From a virus: a DNA stretch of 64,000 nucleotides. Positions 17,764 to 27,056 of this stretch are shown piece after piece. Made by a program: the position numbers and the translations under genes. Below the pieces are notes generated by a model that was not told where the DNA came from, ran no database searches, and worked only from the letters and a program-made list of their open reading frames with translations. The stretch is from the IMG/VR virus record IMGVR_UViG_3300042301_003932. One strand, written 5' to 3'. Every line of letters starts with the position of its first letter. The stretch's first letter is position 1.

Positions 17764-18051
17764 TTATTGAAACGAAAATGGTATTCCGTCCATAAAATCA
17801 AAGAATATTCCATCTTGGAAAGCCTTGAAATTAACACAATCTATTGGATATAATTTTATGCATCCGATAGTGTCAATAATTTTTAAATATAAAAAAGTTT
17901 CGTAAGGAAAATATGATTGTGTGTCAATCACAATTGTTGCCGGTATTGAAGTTAGCCCTGATATATAAAAACAACCTGTATTTGTTGGGTCGCATAAATA
18001 AACGTCATATGGTTCAACTCCACCAGTATCTCCTGTTATATTAATTATCAT
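17764..18051 (-). CDS. small virion protein (paralog family), C-terminal FQDG/FMDG repeat
   Basis: GGVEPYDVYLCD...C...LKIIDTIGC. Confidence 0.7.
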   Translation of the reverse strand: MIINITGDTGGVEPYDVYLCDPTNTGCFYISGLTSIPATIVIDTQSYFPYETFLYLKIIDTIGCIKLYPIDCVNFKAFQDGIFFDFMDGIPFSFQ

Positions 18052-18069
18052 AATAATAAATATGTATAA

Positions 18070-18357
18070 CTACCAAACTAACGCGTCCCCACCTTCTGTT
18101 GTTAAAAAATCACCTAATTCTGTAAGGATAAAATAATCATCTTCAGGAGCACAAGAAATAATTTTGAAGTAAATACAACCCGTACTATCAACCGATTTAA
18201 CCATAATGGTAGTTGCGGTCTGTAATAATGTTGGTAAAACATATATTCCGGGTGCGTAACCTAAAAGTGTGCAATTATTCCCATATTCATCACAAGCATA
18301 GAACGCTATTGGTGCGGTCCCCCCTGAAACTCCTGTTATGTCTATTGAATACGGCAT
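18070..18357 (-). CDS. small virion protein (paralog family), C-terminal LTExGD repeat
   Basis: GGTAPIAFYACD...C...VKSVDSTGC; ends ILTELGDFLTTEGGDALVW. Confidence 0.7.
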   Translation of the reverse strand: MPYSIDITGVSGGTAPIAFYACDEYGNNCTLLGYAPGIYVLPTLLQTATTIMVKSVDSTGCIYFKIISCAPEDDYFILTELGDFLTTEGGDALVW

Positions 18358-18358
18358 A

Positions 18359-21115
18359 TTAACACTGATAAACGTTTAAAACATTAGCACTAGCACCTAC
18401 TTGAACAACGTATCTAAGTCCAACCACAGGACAGTCATTTGATAAGTAATTTCTACCCCAACCACCACCAGACGATCCTAAATTATATACCCATCCTGTT
18501 GCAGGTATTGTAAGATTTTGATCAACATAAATTATAGTACCCACTGTAATTGTTGGTGTTGCCGTGTAAAAAGTTTGTGAACTACATCCCGCTGCGGCGT
18601 ATGCACTACAAGGTACGGTTGATGAAGATGGGTAGTTAAATGGTCCATTAGTAAACCAAGCATAATTGACCGTTGTTGGTGCAGGTGTTGGGCTCGGAGT
18701 TGGACTCGGAGTTGGTGTTGGACTCGGAGTTGGTGTTGGACTCGGAGTTGGTGTTGGTGTTGCGGTAGGAGTTGGGCTCGGAGTTGGTGTTGGTATAACA
18801 TCTTGACAAGAAATATCGTAATCAATATTTAAAGATAGGTTAAACCCTGCGTTACCTAATGGGTCAACACCTCCTTGACAATTAGATTTTATTTGTATTG
18901 TGTTATTCAATAGATTCACACTATATTCACCAACTTCGGGTATTGATGATAATATTGTCTCAATTGCCGATTGCCATCCAGCATCGTTTTCAACAATAAT
19001 AGTTTGAGTAAACGCACTTCCATTCAAATTGATTTCACATTCTAAAATGTAACTATTTAATAAACAATTAGTATAACCTGACGTTAAATCCAAAAACCCT
19101 TCAGACACCATTTCGGTAATACCTCTTTTTGTACCTGAAGTTGTTGTAAAATTATTATCTGAACAAATACTGTACCTTGTAAAACCTGTTATTTGTGTGA
19201 AAGTACAGTCAATAACAAAAGAAAGGTAGTTTGTACATCCACTATTATCAGTAACCGTAACAGTATACGATCCACCCGATAAACCAGTTACAGTACTACC
19301 CGTTTGTAGTGGTGGTACATTATCTGACCAATCGTATGTAAATGGTGGTGTACCATCAAAAATAGACACATTTGCGGTTCCATCATTACCAAATACACAA
19401 TTATTCACAAAAACTGCACTGTCAAGTTGTGGTGTTGTTCCTATTGTAAATGTATCTGAAACAATACAATCATCTTCGTCCCTTACTTGTATTGTGTATA
19501 TACCGGGAGCCAAATTACTAAAAGTCATTGAGCTAAGAGTTGTATCAATAATTGGTGGTGTTCCTGTTAAAATATAATCTAATTGTCCTCCTGTTTGCCA
19601 ATTAGTGTATCCCGTTCCAACATTTACAGTAATTAAACCATTACTCAATTCGCAAGTCGCATTAGTAACGGAAACATCAACACTAAATTTTTCATCTGAA
19701 TTAACAACCAAAGTTTCAGCATAACCACAACCCGAACTTTCTCCTGATATTGTTAAAACATAAGTATCATTTTGTAGATTTGGAAATGTAACATTTTGAC
19801 TTTGTGTGTAAAAAGTGTAAACTTGATTTGTAGATAAACCGGTTAATGTGTATAAATAAAATCCAATTAATCCACTTATTGTTGTTGTTATTGATCCGCT
19901 ACTTTGATTACAACTTGAATTTGTTATATTGTTTCCAACAACGTTAAATCCTCCAACAGTATTTAATGAAGTATTAACAATAATTGGGCAGTAATTTGCG
20001 TCTCTTACTAAAATAGAGTAACTACCCGCAGGTAATGAACTTATAGTAAAAGTATTTGATAATGTGTAACCAACTTGTCCAGTATTTGCCGAATAAAAAT
20101 AAGGTCCGGTACCACCTGACATTGTTATTTGTAATGATCCATTTGACGTAAAACAATTTGGTTCTGTTGGGGTTATAGAAAGTACTCCAAGTGGTTGTGC
20201 AATCCCAACTGTCGCTTGTTTTGTGACTTGACATCCATAAAAATCGGTAACAGTTACTGAGTAGTTACCGGCAGTTAAACCTGTAGCCAACTGTGTGGTT
20301 TGACCATCTGACCACAAATACGTATAAGGTCCTGTTCCAGTTACCCCTGTAACCGCAACTTTACCAGTATTAATAACACAAGTTCCGGCATCAACAACCC
20401 AAAAACCATAATCAATATTTGTGCTAGCACTTATAACAACATTTTCAGTTATCGCAGTAGCCAAACCATAATCATATACAACCGCATGATATATTGATGG
20501 TGGTAAACCGTTAATTTGGTATGGGAATGTTATTGCATTAAAACTTCCAACATAATCAGATACACCACTATAAACAAGTATGGTGTATGGTGCATTTACC
20601 GATGTACCACTAACCTCAAAACTACCATTATTTTCTCCACATAAAGTTCCTGTTGTATTTAAAATATTTGCAGAAAAACAATCAGAAACTAATAAATTTA
20701 TAAAAAGTTCGTTATTTTGAAGACCTAATGAGTCATTCAATCTAAACACATATGTACCACCAGTCAGACCTGTGAATGTTATTTGACCTGAACTTGTTTG
20801 GGCACTTAAACCGCTACCTAAAGGTGTGATATTATCTATAGTATAAGGTGATACACCTCCAAATGATGAAAATGTAACCGCACCCGTGGGGTTATCACAA
20901 ACACCTGTTACTGAAAAAGTATAACTTAGTGGTCCCGTACTACAGTCTTGAACACAAACACTTATAGGATCTAAAATAAGTCCAATAGATGATCCTGAAA
21001 ATGCCGTATCAACACATACCGTATCCAATCCACCGGCAAAACCAACTTGTAATACACCACAACAATCGGTATAACTATAATAACCACCAGTAGTAAATCC
21101 AGTAATACAAGCCAT
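18359..21115 (-). CDS. large fibre protein with multiple SprB-like repeats and a (PTPTPS)n linker
   Basis: About seven repeats such as [30 protein letters not shown] and [27 protein letters not shown]; likely start ATG 21115 (TAATG overlap). Confidence 0.8.
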   Translation of the reverse strand: MACITGFTTGGYYSYTDCCGVLQVGFAGGLDTVCVDTAFSGSSIGLILDPISVCVQDCSTGPLSYTFSVTGVCDNPTGAVTFSSFGGVSPYTIDNITPLGSGLSAQTSSGQITFTGLTGGTYVFRLNDSLGLQNNELFINLLVSDCFSANILNTTGTLCGENNGSFEVSGTSVNAPYTILVYSGVSDYVGSFNAITFPYQINGLPPSIYHAVVYDYGLATAITENVVISASTNIDYGFWVVDAGTCVINTGKVAVTGVTGTGPYTYLWSDGQTTQLATGLTAGNYSVTVTDFYGCQVTKQATVGIAQPLGVLSITPTEPNCFTSNGSLQITMSGGTGPYFYSANTGQVGYTLSNTFTISSLPAGSYSILVRDANYCPIIVNTSLNTVGGFNVVGNNITNSSCNQSSGSITTTISGLIGFYLYTLTGLSTNQVYTFYTQSQNVTFPNLQNDTYVLTISGESSGCGYAETLVVNSDEKFSVDVSVTNATCELSNGLITVNVGTGYTNWQTGGQLDYILTGTPPIIDTTLSSMTFSNLAPGIYTIQVRDEDDCIVSDTFTIGTTPQLDSAVFVNNCVFGNDGTANVSIFDGTPPFTYDWSDNVPPLQTGSTVTGLSGGSYTVTVTDNSGCTNYLSFVIDCTFTQITGFTRYSICSDNNFTTTSGTKRGITEMVSEGFLDLTSGYTNCLLNSYILECEINLNGSAFTQTIIVENDAGWQSAIETILSSIPEVGEYSVNLLNNTIQIKSNCQGGVDPLGNAGFNLSLNIDYDISCQDVIPTPTPSPTPTATPTPTPSPTPTPSPTPTPSPTPSPTPAPTTVNYAWFTNGPFNYPSSSTVPCSAYAAAGCSSQTFYTATPTITVGTIIYVDQNLTIPATGWVYNLGSSGGGWGRNYLSNDCPVVGLRYVVQVGASANVLNVYQC
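18672..18795. repeat. 18-bp/12-bp tandem repeat encoding PTPTPS
   Basis: Unit ggactcggagttggtgtt repeated with variants. Confidence 0.9.
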
Positions 21116-24100
21116 TATCCACAATTAATTTGTAAATCTAAACCAACATATAGGTTTAGAAGTTTATTTGTAAAATTATCATAACAACTAGAATTACTAA
21201 TCGTTAATACCCCACCTGAAAAATAATAATTTAATCCGTACTGATATAAATACTGAAGTTTAGAATCAATAGCATTTATTACTTGAAAATAATCAATCGG
21301 TAATCCTGTTGTTATGTCAACCGCATTCTGACCGTAACCAACATAAAAAGGTTCAAAAACCAAAGTATCTTCAATATTTGTTATAGTATCTTTTAATGTT
21401 AATTCAATATACCAAGTTGATACCATAGAGGAAGAATCACAATTAGCACTTGTAAATCCACTACTTGTATATAACTGATTTATTTTTTCATTTAAAACAG
21501 CAATTGGGTCAAAAGTGGGTAAAGAACATTGTGTTGTTTGATCAATACAATCATAAGTATAGGGTTCTCCATTATATTCACAAGGCAAACAATCGGTATT
21601 TTTTAAATCGCCTAATATAAAAGTACAACCTCTTTGTCTTCTCCAAACAAATTTTTGTCTATGAAATACTGAATTATCTAATTTCTGCCCTGTATTCCAA
21701 ATAGTTGTTGCCGGTACAAATTGTTCAACAAGTCGTATCCAATAATCACCTAACCCCAAAGTAAAATCTATCATTTTTTGATAGGTAAACTTATTGTTTG
21801 GTATATTCAAAACTTGGTCAGTTTGTAAATATTTCCAAAATATTGACTGTAACGCAGGATAACCTCCCGTTTTTCCATCTGATATTGTTTGCCTATTTCT
21901 TACATTAATTAAATTGTTGTAAAAAGTTTGAGCAAACTCAAAAAACGTTTTTTTATTTGGTTTGGGGTCTATTATTGTCCAATCATTAAGACCTGGTGAT
22001 GGGTATGGTGCAGTTAATCCCGAATTTGGGATTGGGTATCCATATCTTGAAGACATTTCCCAAATATCATAAGTTATACCTTGTCCCATGTTAAGATATA
22101 ATTCCATGTTTTTTACGTTTATAACCTGTCCTTCATTTTCTAAGAGGTAATTTGTTGGTGCCGAACTTTGTGTATTTTTTCTAAGTCCGACCTCATCTTT
22201 TTTCCATGATTTTTTATTATCTATAGTTTTTGTTAATCCGTATCCAATATCCATTGTTGGAAATTTTTCATATCTATTTAAATAGTCCTGCCCATAGGTA
22301 AAAGGCTTCAATTTTGTAACTATTATGGATGGTGATACGGTAAAATTTGATAATGTAAAATCTATTTCTTCTGTTGATCTATGATCGGGAGTGGTTTCAA
22401 ACCAACCCGCACCTTTTTGAAAGAAAAATGAATCACTTTCAGTTGGCATTTCGGGGTATCCGGTATCTATATTAATTGGGTAATTATTTAAATCAGGTAA
22501 TGTTGATTTTATGACTCCTGATGTTGTAAATCCGGTATATTGTGTTCCTAAAATTGAAAACACATTAGTTGAATCTAGTGTTGGTGATTCTATGTAAGTA
22601 GTACCTCCTGATATTTTTGCATATTTTTCATAAAAATCGTCTAAAGAAATCTTTTGATCGGCTAAATACACATACTCATTAAATTCTATTAGGGCATCAG
22701 GTGCACCAATCATTCTCATAATATATTCAATTGAGGTTCTAGTTCCTTTTGATCTAAATAAAAAACCAGAATTAAGAATTAAATTCCTATAGTATTGATA
22801 ATTTAGTTCTGCGGGGGTATCTTCTTTACCTTGTCCAGGATATATTATATCGTTTGTCGTTGAAAAAACTGATTGTAGTAATGAGTCATTAGTTATTGGT
22901 GATATGTTTGGGTCAATCCCTAAAGTCGCAGCTAAGTTTGCTAATAGAGCGGATGGTATATCATTTTTTACAACATAATTTACAGATATTATGTTAGCCA
23001 AAGCATCTATAAATTTTTTAGTCTCGTCAAAACTTCTACCGTAAATTTGTAAAGTTTTTTCTATTTTCTGATCATTTGTATCAAATTCTTTTAATGATCC
23101 TGAAATTAAAAATCTACTTACTAAATTTGTTTTGTATTCGTCTAATCTTTCTGTTATATATTGCAAATTTGTTAAATATTCATCAAACTGACTTGTTCTT
23201 ATATCCAAATTCCATAAACCATCTAGTGACCATGTTAAAATTTTATTTATGATAATATAATTTCCATTATCATCATAATCCGGATAACTAAACTTAGTAG
23301 TATATTGCGGATATGCATATCTATTTAACAAATAATCTTCAACTTCATCAAAATCATCTTGAAATATTTTTTCCGTTATTAATTTGTTAGGTTTTAATAA
23401 AATTGTTTCTGTAGTGGTGGTTGAGGAAAACGGGTTTCCTTGTACTGTAATTGTTACGGTACCCCCGGTTACTGAACTTGTTGGTATTAAATCTACTATT
23501 TTGTATTCGTTATTTGTTTCTCCTACAAAAACAGCAAAGTCTTGGTAATTACTTGTGAGGTCTCTATATTTAGAAACTTTTATAGGTCTGTTTTTAACAT
23601 TAGAGTTTGCATTAATTGAAAAATCAATGTCAAAAGGATTTCTAAAAAAGTTTGAGTCAATATTAAATGTTGTTTCATTGTCAATAACATCATATGATAT
23701 ATTAAATGCGGTGTTACCTGTTTGTAGAATTAAATTAGTAAAGTTTACCTCAATTGCTGCAGGAAAATAATTAATAATTTTATTTATAGATGATGAAATT
23801 CTTTTACTTAAAGAACCATATAGAGAAAAACTAGTTATTTGTGATAAATCAAAATTTGGGTAAACTTTAAAGTTTTTTTCTATAATTTTTTTTGATTCTT
23901 CTAAACTTTGTATATTTAAATTTTCTAAGTTGAATGGGTCAGAAAATATTCCAGTACTAAAAGTTCTACTAACTTTTTCGTAAACCGATCTTGTGAACTG
24001 AAAATTCCCAAGAGTCAGACCTCCTCCCGATACTAATTGTACTCCGACCAAATCATCAGAAAAAGTACCCGAACCTACAGGTGGTGGTGTTGGACATATG

Positions 24101-24117
24101 AATTTAGTTTTAGCCAT
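21115..24117 (-). CDS. baseplate wedge protein (gp7/P2 gpI-like)
   Basis: IPSALLANLA..LG and LFRSKGTRTSIEYIMRMIG motifs of wedge/gpI-type proteins; position downstream of gp6. Confidence 0.6.
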   Translation of the reverse strand: MAKTKFICPTPPPVGSGTFSDDLVGVQLVSGGGLTLGNFQFTRSVYEKVSRTFSTGIFSDPFNLENLNIQSLEESKKIIEKNFKVYPNFDLSQITSFSLYGSLSKRISSSINKIINYFPAAIEVNFTNLILQTGNTAFNISYDVIDNETTFNIDSNFFRNPFDIDFSINANSNVKNRPIKVSKYRDLTSNYQDFAVFVGETNNEYKIVDLIPTSSVTGGTVTITVQGNPFSSTTTTETILLKPNKLITEKIFQDDFDEVEDYLLNRYAYPQYTTKFSYPDYDDNGNYIIINKILTWSLDGLWNLDIRTSQFDEYLTNLQYITERLDEYKTNLVSRFLISGSLKEFDTNDQKIEKTLQIYGRSFDETKKFIDALANIISVNYVVKNDIPSALLANLAATLGIDPNISPITNDSLLQSVFSTTNDIIYPGQGKEDTPAELNYQYYRNLILNSGFLFRSKGTRTSIEYIMRMIGAPDALIEFNEYVYLADQKISLDDFYEKYAKISGGTTYIESPTLDSTNVFSILGTQYTGFTTSGVIKSTLPDLNNYPINIDTGYPEMPTESDSFFFQKGAGWFETTPDHRSTEEIDFTLSNFTVSPSIIVTKLKPFTYGQDYLNRYEKFPTMDIGYGLTKTIDNKKSWKKDEVGLRKNTQSSAPTNYLLENEGQVINVKNMELYLNMGQGITYDIWEMSSRYGYPIPNSGLTAPYPSPGLNDWTIIDPKPNKKTFFEFAQTFYNNLINVRNRQTISDGKTGGYPALQSIFWKYLQTDQVLNIPNNKFTYQKMIDFTLGLGDYWIRLVEQFVPATTIWNTGQKLDNSVFHRQKFVWRRQRGCTFILGDLKNTDCLPCEYNGEPYTYDCIDQTTQCSLPTFDPIAVLNEKINQLYTSSGFTSANCDSSSMVSTWYIELTLKDTITNIEDTLVFEPFYVGYGQNAVDITTGLPIDYFQVINAIDSKLQYLYQYGLNYYFSGGVLTISNSSCYDNFTNKLLNLYVGLDLQINCG

Positions 24118-25025
24118 TAACTAATAATATTTGTAAAGTTTTTACTAAAATCAATATTCAAACCTCTATCTTGTCTTACTTCATAAAGTAATTCGTTAAA
24201 TGTGTCTCTAACCTCAAACAAGTTATATTGTTTGTAAATATTTCCAGCAGTATCATAAAGAGTGTATATTCCATCCTCAATACTCTTAGTTTGATTACCA
24301 TAAAGAGCGATTGCCAATGTATCAATATCGTGTTCAGCAATTTGTATATCAACAGTAAATGGATTAAAATACGTATTACTAATTATAATTTCTTGGTTTG
24401 GTTGACCAATAAATGGTGTTGCGTTAGGTTTATTTGTTGGTGATGCGGATGGCGATAAAGTGCAAAATAATAAATCACTTCCCGTGTCTAAATACCTATA
24501 TCTAATAGATTTTTGTGATGTGTTTGTTTGATCAGTAACCACAGGTTCACAAAAAAATGAAGATGTGATTATTCTATAAAAATTAGGTATTTTTGTACCA
24601 TCAGAATTTAAATATTCAACTCTAAACCCAACTAAACCTTGTGCTGTAAATTTATTTCTGAATTCTGCAGGGACATCATTTAAATCAACAATTATTCCTT
24701 TTACATTAGGTAACGCAGATAGAACTCCACAATCAGTAATTGTTGTTCTAATCTCTGCAGGTCTTATATATAAAGTATAGATACCTATTTGATTAAATTC
24801 GTTTGCGGGTAATCTTAAATTATACAACCCACCTAATATTTCTTTACCATTAACACCACCTGTTTGTGAATTGTGAAAATATGGTGTAAGAATATTTGTA
24901 CTATTTAATTTTTTTAACACAAAATTATTTGTTACATCCCTTGATGGTGTGTAATTCAGAATAATGTCAACATCTTGTGGTGACACATCTGCGGGTCTAA
25001 CTGTACCGTATGCTCCTAATGCCAT
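24117..25025 (-). CDS. putative baseplate structural protein
   Basis: 302 aa, beta-rich; TATTTAT motif upstream; within the baseplate cluster. Confidence 0.55.
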   Translation of the reverse strand: MALGAYGTVRPADVSPQDVDIILNYTPSRDVTNNFVLKKLNSTNILTPYFHNSQTGGVNGKEILGGLYNLRLPANEFNQIGIYTLYIRPAEIRTTITDCGVLSALPNVKGIIVDLNDVPAEFRNKFTAQGLVGFRVEYLNSDGTKIPNFYRIITSSFFCEPVVTDQTNTSQKSIRYRYLDTGSDLLFCTLSPSASPTNKPNATPFIGQPNQEIIISNTYFNPFTVDIQIAEHDIDTLAIALYGNQTKSIEDGIYTLYDTAGNIYKQYNLFEVRDTFNELLYEVRQDRGLNIDFSKNFTNIIS

Positions 25026-25056
25026 TTTTATTTATAAATAGAGTTTATATTGTTTT

Positions 25057-26139
25057 TTATGTATTATTAATTTTAAAATAACCATATCCATATCTTATTA
25101 AATCACCCAAATTATCAACCTCACCTAATCTTTGTAATCCCTCAACAGCACTGTATTTACCTCTTTCAACAAATACGTCAGATTGTATTTCAGGATCCAT
25201 TACAAAATCTAAAAGTATTTCATCTTTAGTTATTGCGGATACAACTAAATCATTAGCAGTTAAACCTGATGAATTAACCAAGAACAAAGTTTTACCATTA
25301 TTGAAATCAACATAATTAATATCATTAACCGTATATGCTGTGTACGTTGGGTTAATTTCAGTAACATATCCAATCACTCCTTTTATTGGGGTTAATATGT
25401 ATCCAACCGTATATGGGTTAGGTCCCCATCTTCTAAGGAGTGCCAATCTTGAATTAGTATACCCTGAAACCACAAAAGGTACTTGTAAATATGAACTTGA
25501 TATTTGTGAGGGAATATTATTTTCACTATCTCCTGTAAATATGTAATCGTAACTAATTGGTATTCCGGACCAATTTCCTCCTTGTTGTGTGAATGTTATA
25601 TTACCTGGTTCATTATCAACGGTAACACCTGTAAAAGGTAATGTTATTGTTTTTTGTATTTCAGTTATCCCCCAGGGGTTACTCTGAACCATTTTAATTG
25701 TATAATTTTGTGGTGTTGGTGAATACGTGTGATCTAAACTACTTTGATTAACACTCAAATATTGACTAACTAAACCATCTCCCCAATCTACTTTGTAATT
25801 TGACAATTCCAAAAAACTATTATACGTATAACCTGCACTATTATAAAGTCTGACATTATATTGTGAAGTTGGGTTACCTGATATGACAAAGTTTGTGACA
25901 ACATCTAATTGGTTGGATAGTCCGTCAAACGTACTATAATAACCTAAATCATTATATGATTGTGTAAATAAAATAGGTATAGTTAATCCAGTTAATAATG
26001 ATTCTCCATTTGTTCCTCCACTTAAAACTTGAGACAATCCCGAATAAGACCCAAAAGTTATTCCGTTATAAGTAATATTAAATATGTCACGATTTAATAC
26101 TTCAGGTGATATTATTATATTAATTCTTTCTGATTCCAT
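25057..26139 (-). CDS. putative structural protein with PKD-like domain
   Basis: YKVDWGDG...LDHTY......YTI motif. Confidence 0.6.
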   Translation of the reverse strand: MESERINIIISPEVLNRDIFNITYNGITFGSYSGLSQVLSGGTNGESLLTGLTIPILFTQSYNDLGYYSTFDGLSNQLDVVTNFVISGNPTSQYNVRLYNSAGYTYNSFLELSNYKVDWGDGLVSQYLSVNQSSLDHTYSPTPQNYTIKMVQSNPWGITEIQKTITLPFTGVTVDNEPGNITFTQQGGNWSGIPISYDYIFTGDSENNIPSQISSSYLQVPFVVSGYTNSRLALLRRWGPNPYTVGYILTPIKGVIGYVTEINPTYTAYTVNDINYVDFNNGKTLFLVNSSGLTANDLVVSAITKDEILLDFVMDPEIQSDVFVERGKYSAVEGLQRLGEVDNLGDLIRYGYGYFKINNT

Positions 26140-27056
26140 TATGGGTTAACATATTCATACCATTTTATAGGTAAAATACCTGTTCCGACTCTTTGTGCGT
26201 TTTGAAAGTTATTATTGTAAGTGTAAACTTTATATTCGTTTGTGTTATAATCAATAACATATTTGTAATAAAAATATAATGGTTTGTCTAAATTAAACAT
26301 GTTTTGACCAATGAATGTTGACTGTGGTCTATTCATCATTCTAACAAATTGACCTGTTTTTGCATTAAAGAATTTCGCACCAACGTAAAATTCTGTAATG
26401 TTTAAATAATTTTTATCTTTTAACCAATATATATAAAACCCTTCTTTATCTGCCCCTGTGTAGTCCAAAACAAATTTAGGTTTTTTTACTTGTACCGCGG
26501 TTTGGTTTAATGGTGGTCCTATTGTTCCCGGTTCTTTAAGTCCTTGTTGTGTTGGTAAAATAACACTTAATAATAAAGTTTGATTTTCATTTTGTGGTGA
26601 GTCATAAAAATCTAATTTAAAAAAACTTCCTTTGAATGAATTTGCAAAATAATAAATTTCGCTGTCGGTAAATGTTGCGTTTTCATAATCTGTCGCCCAA
26701 TTTGTTGTTGTTGATGCTGTAACCCCAGTTAAATAATCAAAAAAATAAAACTCGTAATTTGTGGAGGTTTTTTGTACATTTGTAATATTAATTGGTAAAT
26801 TAACTACACTTTGTTGTCCTGTATTTGGATTTATTATTACAACTTGTGTTGTTGTTGTTATTACTTCATCGTATTCTGAGTGTGCAAACTTTGTTATTTC
26901 AAAATCAGAGATTGGATTTAATATTTCAGAAATTACTTCATTTTCAAAACTTGCAACACCGTCTTCTCTTCCAAGCATATCAAAATTAATTTCCAAAGGA
27001 ATATCTAAATATTGATCCTGAGCTGTGATTGTTTTTCTAAAATATTTATTATTCAC
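26139..27056 (-). CDS. putative structural protein
   Basis: 305 aa, translationally coupled within the baseplate cluster. Confidence 0.55.
   Translation of the reverse strand: MNNKYFRKTITAQDQYLDIPLEINFDMLGREDGVASFENEVISEILNPISDFEITKFAHSEYDEVITTTTQVVIINPNTGQQSVVNLPINITNVQKTSTNYEFYFFDYLTGVTASTTTNWATDYENATFTDSEIYYFANSFKGSFFKLDFYDSPQNENQTLLLSVILPTQQGLKEPGTIGPPLNQTAVQVKKPKFVLDYTGADKEGFYIYWLKDKNYLNITEFYVGAKFFNAKTGQFVRMMNRPQSTFIGQNMFNLDKPLYFYYKYVIDYNTNEYKVYTYNNNFQNAQRVGTGILPIKWYEYVNP

Noticed and set aside
18672-18795. Repeat array as possible CRISPR or DGR template
   Set aside because: Contiguous in-frame 6/18-bp units without spacers that encode a PT linker; no cas or reverse transcriptase gene, and no TR/VR pair seen
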